DNA of 64,000 bases from Longimicrobiales bacterium (GTDB taxonomy: Bacteria; Gemmatimonadota; Gemmatimonadetes; Longimicrobiales; Gaopeijiaceae), in contig CBDBCF010000001.1 in NCBI GenBank assembly GCA_965202985.1, forward strand, positions 1,376,001-1,440,000, written 5' to 3'. The first letter of the stretch is position 1. Each line of letters begins with the position of its first letter. The notes beneath the pieces were generated by a model. The model ran no database searches, was not told where the DNA came from, and saw only the letters and a program-made list of their open reading frames with translations. Shown one piece after another: positions 11,143 to 19,475 of this stretch. The position numbers were made by a program, and so were the translations under genes.

Positions 11143-12675
11143 GTGCAAGCGTTGGCACGGCTAGAGATCGAACGATACGTCGGCTCCTCGGAGCCGGTTT
11201 TGGGTGATCAGGTCCTTGGGATCATTACTTCTGCAATGTACGACAGTCCCTTGGCGGTGTATCGGGAGTATATTCAGAATTCCGCTGACGCATTGGCTAG
11301 TTTGGATTTGCGTAGCCGGGGAGCGGTAGACGTGTCAGTCGACCCGCGTCGACAGCGCATTGAGATTCGTGATAACGGCCCCGGACTGTCCGAAGAAATG
11401 GCCGTTCGTACTTTAGTGCCGATTGCGACTAGCCGAAAGCGGCAAGAAGGCGGCCGGGGGTTTCGGGGCATAGGTAGGTTGTGTGGCTTAGCGTTCGCGG
11501 AGTCGGTTACGTTCCGTACGCGGGCAGACGGTGCCCAGGACGTAACGCAGATCAAGTGGAGCGGACCGGAACTCCGGGCTCATATAGGACGAACTGGGCA
11601 TACGGCGCATTCGGTGCGAGAGTGCGTAGAAGTAACGACAGAGGCCGGGGATGGGTTTCCCGAGCATTTTTTTTCGGCGACCGTGGAGGGGGTGCATCGG
11701 CATGCAGCTGGAGCTCTGCTGAATCGCGAAACGGTTCGGGCATACATAGGCGAGGTATGCCCAGTGCCAATCGCCGAGTCATTTCCTTTTGTGGCGGATG
11801 TCAGGAGATTGTTTGCTGATGGTGAGACGCCCCTAGCGCTGACAGTATCGTTGACCAAAGATGCGAGACCGATTTGTCGACCGCTAGGGAAAGAGCTGCG
11901 TCTCTCAATGCATCGTGTTGATCGCTTTAGAGATTTTGAGGAGATTCGGATATCGTCGCTCGATAAGGCTACGATTGCGGCAGTCGGATGGATTGCTCAT
12001 TCGTCATATATGGGTGCGTTGCCGAAGAGGTTGGGCATTAGGGGCATGCGAGTCCGTGCCGGGAACATTCAGATCGGTGGTGAGGACGTATTTGACCATC
12101 TTTTTGATCAGGAACGCTTTAATCGGTGGTGTGTAGGTGAGATTCATGTTACGGATAGTCGAATTGTACCAAATGGTCGCCGGGATTATTTTGAAGCAAG
12201 TCCACATCTGAGGAATCTAGAGAATCACCTGTCGGTCTTATTCCGAAACATTACGGCACGGTGCCGCCTAGCATCCAAGAAACGTAATCGTATGCGGAGA
12301 TTTGAGGCAGACGTGGACAACATCGAAAATTGGTATCGTCTTGTGGCATCGGGGTGGCTTGCTCAGAATGAAGCATTAAAGTTAGCTATCAAGGTTCGAG
12401 AACAAGCGAGTCGGCTAGCGGAGAAGATTGAGGCATTAGACCGAGGGGCCGGGAACGTAGCAACCAGACTTCGAGCAGTCACAGATGATCTACGGGATTT
12501 CAACGGACCCAGTCAACGGCCGTTAGTGCCCATGACGAAAGCGGAACAACGAGCGTACCAACGCGCATTTCTTGCGATCATTGAGGCGACGAACTCGCCG
12601 CGGACGGCACTGAGGGCAATTGAAGCTGTGGTTGATAGAATGGGATCGGAGGAGAGGCGGAGGAGAAAGGTGTAG
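11143..12675 (+). CDS. GHKL (Hsp90/MutL/MORC-like) ATPase
   Basis: Bergerat motifs YREYIQNSADA (ExxxNxxD), IRDNGPGL (DxGxG), GFRGIGRLCG; then an S5-like segment GMRVRAGNIQIG...VGEIHV...PNGRRDYFE and a helical C-terminus. Confidence 0.88.
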   Translation: MQALARLEIERYVGSSEPVLGDQVLGIITSAMYDSPLAVYREYIQNSADALASLDLRSRGAVDVSVDPRRQRIEIRDNGPGLSEEMAVRTLVPIATSRKRQEGGRGFRGIGRLCGLAFAESVTFRTRADGAQDVTQIKWSGPELRAHIGRTGHTAHSVRECVEVTTEAGDGFPEHFFSATVEGVHRHAAGALLNRETVRAYIGEVCPVPIAESFPFVADVRRLFADGETPLALTVSLTKDARPICRPLGKELRLSMHRVDRFRDFEEIRISSLDKATIAAVGWIAHSSYMGALPKRLGIRGMRVRAGNIQIGGEDVFDHLFDQERFNRWCVGEIHVTDSRIVPNGRRDYFEASPHLRNLENHLSVLFRNITARCRLASKKRNRMRRFEADVDNIENWYRLVASGWLAQNEALKLAIKVREQASRLAEKIEALDRGAGNVATRLRAVTDDLRDFNGPSQRPLVPMTKAEQRAYQRAFLAIIEATNSPRTALRAIEAVVDRMGSEERRRRKV

Positions 12676-13027
12676 ATTGGCATCCTCTGCTGTTTCATAT
12701 GGAGAATTGGAAATCCAGCTTGCCGCATACATCGCTCGAGATGTGCGTCTGCAGGGACATCAGATCCATCTGGTACGCTTGCACCGTTTCCGGGGCGATC
12801 CGCGACGGGTCCAGCAAGCTCGTCCGGCCACGTCCGCTTCCGGGGTCGCAGACAACTCCGGGCGGCCCGTCAGGTACGCCACGTTACCCGATTCGGAGTC
12901 GCCGAGGTGCGGGCGCTTGATCCCGGGGGGCTTGCGTACCGGCGACTGCCCGTGAACTATGGACCCAGCCACTTCGGGAGCCCTTACGGGCCCGTCTCGA
13001 TAAGTTCCTCCCAATCCTATCAGTCAA

Positions 13028-14977
13028 ATGCCGTTCGCTCTGCTATCCGTCAGGCCATCCATAGGGAGCGTCTTCCTTGGGAGCACGCTCCGAACCACCG
13101 CCCTCGCTGTAACGGCCGCTGCGTTCACCAGCACCATCACGACTTCCCTTGCGTCCCCAGCCGCCACCTCCGCCCAGACCCACCCCGTTGTCGAGAACGG
13201 CCAGGCCCAGGTCGTCCCCGCCTTTGCCGACTCGACCGCGTGGATTCGGCACGAACTCTGGGTCGAGACCGAGTTCGACACCGACGGGGACGGTCGGCTG
13301 GACCGGGTGCACGCGGACGTGACGCGACCGGCGCAGACCGACGCCGACGGGCTCAAGGTGGCCGTGGTGTACGAGACCAGCCCCTACTACTCGGGCACGG
13401 CGGGGATCGACTTCGACCACTTCTGGAACTTGCGTCAGGAGGTGGGTGAAGCGCCGCCGGAGCGGAACCCGTATCCGGCCACGATTGGCCATCGTGCCAG
13501 CCAGCCGGTCATCTCGCGGTCGCATGTGGCCACTTGGGTGCCGCGGGGATTCGCGGTCATGCACTCGCAATCGCCGGGGACGGGGCAGTCCCAGGGGTGC
13601 CCAACCGTGGGCGGGGCCAACGAGTCGCTAGCGCCCAAGGCGGTGATCGACTGGCTGAACGGGCGGGCGCGGGGCTTCTCCACGGTGGACGGGGACGAAG
13701 AGGTGGAGGCGTACTGGGCCACGGGGAAGGTCGGCATGACGGGCACGTCCTACAACGGCACGCTGCCCTTGGCGGCCGCCACGACGGGCGTGGACGGGCT
13801 CGAGGCGATCATCCCCGTGGCGCCCAACACGTCGTACTACCACTACTATCGATCCAACGGGCTGGTGCGGTCGCCGGGCGGGTACCCGGGCGAAGACATC
13901 GACGTGTTGTTCGACTTCATCTTCAGCGGCTTCCCCGAGTCGCGGGACTATTGCGTCGCCCAGGTGCGCGAGGCAGAAATGCGGCCGAACCAGGATCGAG
14001 CGACGGGCGACTACAACGACTTCTGGGCGGGGCGCGACTACCTCAACCACGTGGACGGCGTGAAGGCGGCAACGCTGATGAGCCACGCATTCAACGACTG
14101 GAACGTCATGCCCGAGCACAGCTTCCGGATCGCCGAAGCGCTGAAGGCCAACGGCGTGCCCGTGCAAGTGTACTATCACCAAGGGGGCCACGGCGGTCCG
14201 CCGCCGTTGGAGCTCATGAACCGCTGGTTCACGCGCTACGTGCTGGGCGTCGAGAACGGCGTGGAGGATGACCCGCGCGCCTGGATCGTGCGCGAAGGCG
14301 ACGACCGCGAGCAGCCCACGCCCTACGCCGCCTACCCGAACCCCGAGTCCGAAGGCGTGGCGCTGCATCCGACCGGCGACGGCAACTGGACGGGCGTGTT
14401 GTCGTTCGCCGCAGACGGAGCGGGACCGGAAGCGGACGCCGGGGCGGGGCTCGGTGCGCTGGTCGACAACTTCTCGTTCGGTGGCGGCGACTTGGCGGCA
14501 GCCGAGTGGTCGAACCACCGCCTGCTGTACGCGACTCCCGTCTTGCGCGAGGACGTGCATTTGTCGGGCGTGGCCAAAGTGCGGGTTCGGGTGGCGGCGG
14601 ACGCGGCGGCGGCCAACCTGTCCGTGTGGCTGGTGTCGTTGCCGTGGACCAACAGCGAGTCGATCAACGACGACGTGATCACGCGAGGCTGGGCCGATCC
14701 CCAGAACGCCGGCGCACAAGACATCTCGGCGCCGCGCGGCGGAAGCGACCTCGGGCCGGGCCAGTTCGTCGAGATGGAGTTCGACCTGCAGCCCGACGAC
14801 CAGATCGTTCCCGCGGGCGCCCGCATTGGCCTCATGATCTTCTCCAGCGACAAGGACTTCACGTTGCACCCCGATCCGGGCACTGCGCTGGAAGTCGACT
14901 TGAGCGGCACGAGCATCGAGTTGCCGGTCGTCGGCGGGCGTCGAGCGCTGGCGCGGGCCTTGCGGCCAGTGAGCTGA
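13028..14977 (+). CDS. Secreted Xaa-Pro dipeptidyl-peptidase (S15, CocE/PepX family)
   Basis: Signal peptide; VETEFDTDGDG; nucleophile motif GTSYNG; HAFNDWNV; HQGGH. Confidence 0.88.
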   Translation: MPFALLSVRPSIGSVFLGSTLRTTALAVTAAAFTSTITTSLASPAATSAQTHPVVENGQAQVVPAFADSTAWIRHELWVETEFDTDGDGRLDRVHADVTRPAQTDADGLKVAVVYETSPYYSGTAGIDFDHFWNLRQEVGEAPPERNPYPATIGHRASQPVISRSHVATWVPRGFAVMHSQSPGTGQSQGCPTVGGANESLAPKAVIDWLNGRARGFSTVDGDEEVEAYWATGKVGMTGTSYNGTLPLAAATTGVDGLEAIIPVAPNTSYYHYYRSNGLVRSPGGYPGEDIDVLFDFIFSGFPESRDYCVAQVREAEMRPNQDRATGDYNDFWAGRDYLNHVDGVKAATLMSHAFNDWNVMPEHSFRIAEALKANGVPVQVYYHQGGHGGPPPLELMNRWFTRYVLGVENGVEDDPRAWIVREGDDREQPTPYAAYPNPESEGVALHPTGDGNWTGVLSFAADGAGPEADAGAGLGALVDNFSFGGGDLAAAEWSNHRLLYATPVLREDVHLSGVAKVRVRVAADAAAANLSVWLVSLPWTNSESINDDVITRGWADPQNAGAQDISAPRGGSDLGPGQFVEMEFDLQPDDQIVPAGARIGLMIFSSDKDFTLHPDPGTALEVDLSGTSIELPVVGGRRALARALRPVS

Positions 14978-14988
14978 CGCGGCTAGAC

Positions 14989-16230
14989 GTGGCTGGCCCC
15001 GGGGTTCGCACCTACCGGTTCGTCCGGGGATGGTTCAACGGCGCCTCCCTCCACGAGAACTGGGGGCAAGACGGCGACGACCCGGACAAACGACCCGGCG
15101 CGGCGGATCTGGACATTGACATGCCCGCGCTGCGAAAAGGCACCTGGCCGCCTCGAATTCCGGGCGTCCGCACCGAGACGCGGATGATCTGGGGCGGGGC
15201 GAACGATCAGGACCGAGACTCCGCCGGTCCCGTCATGGCGCGCTGGTATTCCCCTACATCTCCGGCCGACAACGGCCCGCTTCCGGCTTGGCTGCTGCTT
15301 CACGGGGCCGCCGTCCAGGGTCCCGACCATCCGGCGCTGATGCGCTTCGCGGCGGCGCTGGCGTACTCGGGAAGCGTCGTGCTGATTCCGGAGATTTCGG
15401 GCTGGAGTCGGCTGGACCTGAACCCGGAGCATGCGGACGGACCGGTGGCACGGGCGCTGGAATACCTCGCTGGGAACCCCGGCGTCCTGCCTGGCGGGGT
15501 GGTCTTGGCGGGGTTCTCGTTCGGTTGCCCCCAGGCCGTTCGGATCGCGACGGACTTGGCCGGCGCCGGGCACATCCGGGGCGTCGTCGGGTTCGGCGGG
15601 TACTGCGACTTGAGCACGGCGGTGCGCTTCGGACTCGCGGGCGAGTACGTGTGGCGTGGCCGGACGTGCCGCGCCCAGCCCGATCCCTACGGGCGCTGGG
15701 TCCTGGGCGGCAACTACTTGGAGCCTCCGGTGTCCGACGCCCTGCTCAGGTTGGCCGCCCTTGCCGGTGCGCGCGGGGTCATGGCCTGGGAGCCCTACTA
15801 CGACGACGCCAAGGAGGCGCTCGCACGCGCCATGCCGCCCGACGGCCGCCGCCTCTTTCGCGTGTTCGCTCCCCCGGCCAGCGCCGAGCCCGAGCCCGAA
15901 GAAGCCGCCCGAGCCGCCGCGTCGCTGGCCCGTGCCGCCCACAGCGCACATCCTCTGCTGGTCTTGCCTCGGTCGTTCGACGGCGGGGCGCTGCCCCCTA
16001 TCCATCTGCTGCACGGCCGGGGCGACCCGCTCGTCCCGTTCACCGAGACGCTGGCCTTGGAGCGCCGTCTTCTGGAGGCTGGCGTTCCGGGCGTCGCAAC
16101 CACGGTCACCGGCCTGATCGCACACGCCCGCGAATCCGGCCGGATGGCGGCCCAGCCCTTGGAGGCGCTACGGTTCCTGCGTGCCATGCGCAACCTCATG
16201 TCCCTGCAACTTCGTCCCATTCGCCCATGA
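14989..16230 (+). CDS. Alpha/beta-hydrolase-fold protein
   Basis: LLHG...HPAL, GFSFG nucleophile elbow, LLHGRGDPLVP, C-terminal His (LIAH). Start taken as the GTG at 14989 after the PepX stop (uncertain). Confidence 0.7.
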   Translation: MAGPGVRTYRFVRGWFNGASLHENWGQDGDDPDKRPGAADLDIDMPALRKGTWPPRIPGVRTETRMIWGGANDQDRDSAGPVMARWYSPTSPADNGPLPAWLLLHGAAVQGPDHPALMRFAAALAYSGSVVLIPEISGWSRLDLNPEHADGPVARALEYLAGNPGVLPGGVVLAGFSFGCPQAVRIATDLAGAGHIRGVVGFGGYCDLSTAVRFGLAGEYVWRGRTCRAQPDPYGRWVLGGNYLEPPVSDALLRLAALAGARGVMAWEPYYDDAKEALARAMPPDGRRLFRVFAPPASAEPEPEEAARAAASLARAAHSAHPLLVLPRSFDGGALPPIHLLHGRGDPLVPFTETLALERRLLEAGVPGVATTVTGLIAHARESGRMAAQPLEALRFLRAMRNLMSLQLRPIRP

Positions 16231-19200
16231 CTTCGTCCCATCGCCCTTCGTCCCATCGCCCCACGACAACGCTCAGCACGGTCGCACCCCGAGCCGCCTT
16301 CGCCACCGCTCTCGCCCTGGTTCTTGCCGGCGTCGCCCCGACAGTCCCGGTCCTGCCCGGCGTCCCGGCCGGCCATGGCGCCGCCCAAACAACCTCCCGG
16401 CCGACCGCAACGACCACGCCAGCCCCAACCACCGAACCCCTCGCCACCGCCCAGCTCGACGGCCTGCGCTTCCGCAACATCGGCCCGGCGGTCATGAGCG
16501 GGCGGATCGTGGACCTGGCCGTCGTCGAGTCCGATCCGACCAAGTTCTATGTAGCGTCGGCCACCGGCGGCGTCTTCAAGACGGCGGACAACGGCATCAC
16601 CCTGGCGCCCGTGTTCGAGAGCGAACGCACGCACTCCGTGGGCGCCATCGCTGTACATCAAGTCGACACGGCCACGGTCTGGGTCGGCACCGGCGAGCGC
16701 GCCAACCGCCAAAGCTCGTCCTGGGGCGACGGCGTCTATCGCAGCGACGACGGGGGCGCCACGTGGACCCATGCGGGGCTCCCGGAGAGCCGTCACATCG
16801 GTCGCATCGCGCTTCACCCGGCCGATCCCGACATTGCGTATGTCGCCGCCATGGGGAATCTGTGGGGACCCAACCATGATCGCGGGCTGTACCGGACTCG
16901 CGACAAAGGCAATAGCTGGACGCGCATCCTGTTCGTGGACGAGAACACGGGCGTCGTGGACGTGGCGCTGGACCCGGACGACCCGCAGATCGTCTACGCG
17001 GCCGCCTATCAGCGCAGGCGCCGCCCCTGGGGCTTTCACGGAGGCGGTCCGGGGAGCGCGCTCTACCGCAGCATGGACGGCGGCGACACGTGGGAGCGGC
17101 TTTCGGGCCCCGGAGTCGCGCGCGGCTTGCCCGAAGGCGACCTGGGCCGCATCGGCATCTCCGTGTACCGAAGCGACCCGCGCATCGTCTATGCCAGCGT
17201 GGAGCAGGGCTGGCGGTACAATGCCTCGACCGCCTACACCGAACGCAGGGCCGGCGTCTATCGCTCCGACGACCGTGGCGACACGTGGGAGCACATGAGC
17301 GACTGGAACCCGCGTCCCATGTACGCAAGCCAGATCCTGGTCGATCCCGGCGACGACCAGCGCGTGTACATGGTCAACAGCTACTCCTTCTCGGACGACG
17401 GCGGCAGGACGTTCAGGGTCCCCCCGCAAAGCCTGCACGGCGACGACCGGCTTGTGTGGGTGAACCCCGCCGACTCGCGCCACGTCATGAAGGCCGACGA
17501 CGGTGGCCTGGGCATCTCCTACGACCGGGGACTCCACTGGTTGTACATCTCCGACTTGCCGGTCAGCCAGTACTACCGCGTGGCCGTGGACATGGCCACG
17601 CCCTACAACGTGTACGGCGGACTGCAGGACAACGGGTCGTGGATGGGTCCCAGCGAGACATTGCGCAGCGCGGGCATTCTCAACGGGGACTGGACCCGAC
17701 TGGGCGGCGGCGACGGCTTCCTCAACCTGCCCGACACCACGAACAACGCCATCGTCTATACAGCGTCCCAGTACCTGGGCCTTTCGCGCTTCGACTTGCG
17801 CACCGGCGAGCGCACCGCCATCCGCCCCGGCAACCCGCGGGGCCACATCGCCGCCCGGCGCAACTGGACGACCTGGAAGGACATCGGAACGCCCGAGGAA
17901 CAGAGGTTGGGGAACGCCATGGCGCCCGCGAACTGGGACGGGCCGTTCATCCTGTCGCCGCACGACGCCTCCACCTTGTACGCCGGCACCGACGTGCTTT
18001 GGAAGACGACGGACCGGGGCGACACGTGGCAGGCGCTGGGGAAGCTGACGTCGGACGTGGACCGCCGCTCGCTGCCGATCATGGGGCAGATGCCCGAAGA
18101 GTTCGTGCCCTCCCTGGACGACGGCATCCCGTACTACCCGACCATTTCAGCCATTGCCGAGAGCCCGTTGACCGAAGGGCTTCTGTACGCGGGCACCAAC
18201 GACGGGCGGCTGCACGTTTCCCAGGACGGCGGCGAGCGCTGGACACTGGTGCCTGTCGGCGCGTTCTCGGGGCTGCCCGAAGGCGCTTCGGTCTCGGGGC
18301 TGGAGCCGTCGCGCCACCGCGAAGGCCGCGCTTACGTCGTCTGGAACAACTACCGCAACGGCGATTTCGGCAACTACCTGTATCGCTCGGACGACTACGG
18401 GCGCACATGGGAAGCGCTGCCGGGCGACCTGCCCCCGCAGCGCGTGTTGCGCACGGTGCGCGAGGACCCGCGCAACGAGTCGGTCTTGTACCTGGGCGCC
18501 GAAGTCGGGCTGTTCTACAGCATGGACGGCGGCGCGCAGTGGACCGAGTTGCGAGGCGGCCTGCCGACGCTGGCGTTCAACGATCTGGTCGTCCATCCGC
18601 GGGACAACGACCTAGTGGTGGGCACGCACGGCCGAGGCGTGTGGATCCTGGACCAGATCAACGCGCTCCAGGAGTTGTCGCCCGAGATCGCGGCGTCGGA
18701 CGCGAGCTTGTTCACGGTCGAGCCGGCGATCCAGTGGCGACGCGCCGGCCGGGGAGTTCATGCCGGCGACGTGCACTTCCAGGGCGAGAACCCGCCCGTC
18801 GGCGCCGTGTTCGACTATTGGCTCGCCCAGGGCGCCGACAGCGGGGCCGCGACGTTGGTGGTGGAAGACGTGGGCGGCCGGCAGGTGGCCGTGCTGGAGG
18901 GCGGCGTTCGCCCGGGCGTGAACAGAGTTGTTTGGGACCTTCGACACCAGGTCGAGCCGCCCCGGCCCGCATCGTCGGAGCGCGGGCGGCGCTGGCAGGG
19001 GCCGCTGGTCGTGCCCGGCGAGTACGCCGTGCAGCTGGTCGTCGAGGGCACCGACGTTGGTGGAAGCCGAACCGTGGAAGTGCGCGACGATCCTCGCATC
19101 GACGCGACGCTGGCGGTCCGCGCGGCCTGGACGGCCGACCTGCTGGCGCTGGCGGAACTCGGGATGCGCGCCACGGACGGGCTGGACCGGGCGGGTCAAG

Positions 19201-19433
19201 CGCTGGAAGGCGTGGACGACGACGATGCCGGTCCGCGGGCCGTCAAGCTTCGCGACCTTGCGCGAGAGTTCGAGGAGATGGAGAGCCGCATCCGCCGCTT
19301 GGCCAACGCCGTCGAGGGCGCGGTGGCCCCGCCCACGGGGGACCAACGGTCGCGTCGGGCATACTACATGGAGATGCTGACGACCCTGGAAGCGGAGCTG
19401 GAAGCTTTGCCGGGGACTTCGGGGGGTCGTTAG
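16227..19433 (+). CDS. Secreted BNR/Asp-box (VPS10-like) glycosyl-hydrolase-like protein
   Basis: ATG at 16227 overlaps the upstream stop; signal peptide; LRFRNIGPAVMSGRIVD; many SxDGGxTW boxes; YGGLQDNGSW; GTHGRGVWILD; GENPP. Confidence 0.9.
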   Translation: MTSSHRPSSHRPTTTLSTVAPRAAFATALALVLAGVAPTVPVLPGVPAGHGAAQTTSRPTATTTPAPTTEPLATAQLDGLRFRNIGPAVMSGRIVDLAVVESDPTKFYVASATGGVFKTADNGITLAPVFESERTHSVGAIAVHQVDTATVWVGTGERANRQSSSWGDGVYRSDDGGATWTHAGLPESRHIGRIALHPADPDIAYVAAMGNLWGPNHDRGLYRTRDKGNSWTRILFVDENTGVVDVALDPDDPQIVYAAAYQRRRRPWGFHGGGPGSALYRSMDGGDTWERLSGPGVARGLPEGDLGRIGISVYRSDPRIVYASVEQGWRYNASTAYTERRAGVYRSDDRGDTWEHMSDWNPRPMYASQILVDPGDDQRVYMVNSYSFSDDGGRTFRVPPQSLHGDDRLVWVNPADSRHVMKADDGGLGISYDRGLHWLYISDLPVSQYYRVAVDMATPYNVYGGLQDNGSWMGPSETLRSAGILNGDWTRLGGGDGFLNLPDTTNNAIVYTASQYLGLSRFDLRTGERTAIRPGNPRGHIAARRNWTTWKDIGTPEEQRLGNAMAPANWDGPFILSPHDASTLYAGTDVLWKTTDRGDTWQALGKLTSDVDRRSLPIMGQMPEEFVPSLDDGIPYYPTISAIAESPLTEGLLYAGTNDGRLHVSQDGGERWTLVPVGAFSGLPEGASVSGLEPSRHREGRAYVVWNNYRNGDFGNYLYRSDDYGRTWEALPGDLPPQRVLRTVREDPRNESVLYLGAEVGLFYSMDGGAQWTELRGGLPTLAFNDLVVHPRDNDLVVGTHGRGVWILDQINALQELSPEIAASDASLFTVEPAIQWRRAGRGVHAGDVHFQGENPPVGAVFDYWLAQGADSGAATLVVEDVGGRQVAVLEGGVRPGVNRVVWDLRHQVEPPRPASSERGRRWQGPLVVPGEYAVQLVVEGTDVGGSRTVEVRDDPRIDATLAVRAAWTADLLALAELGMRATDGLDRAGQALEGVDDDDAGPRAVKLRDLAREFEEMESRIRRLANAVEGAVAPPTGDQRSRRAYYMEMLTTLEAELEALPGTSGGR

Positions 19434-19475
19434 GTTGCCCGCCCGGCCCCCCGCACAACCCACGGAGAGCACATC

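Noticed and set aside
12676..13027. Right border of the island: looked for tRNA, att site, ncRNA or small ORF
   Set aside because: No recognisable RNA fold, no repeat matching the left border, and the short ORFs lack motifs.
15288..16226. N-terminal extension of the 1381-aa track ORF
   Set aside because: Overlaps the hydrolase gene in another frame; the signal peptide begins after ATG 16227.
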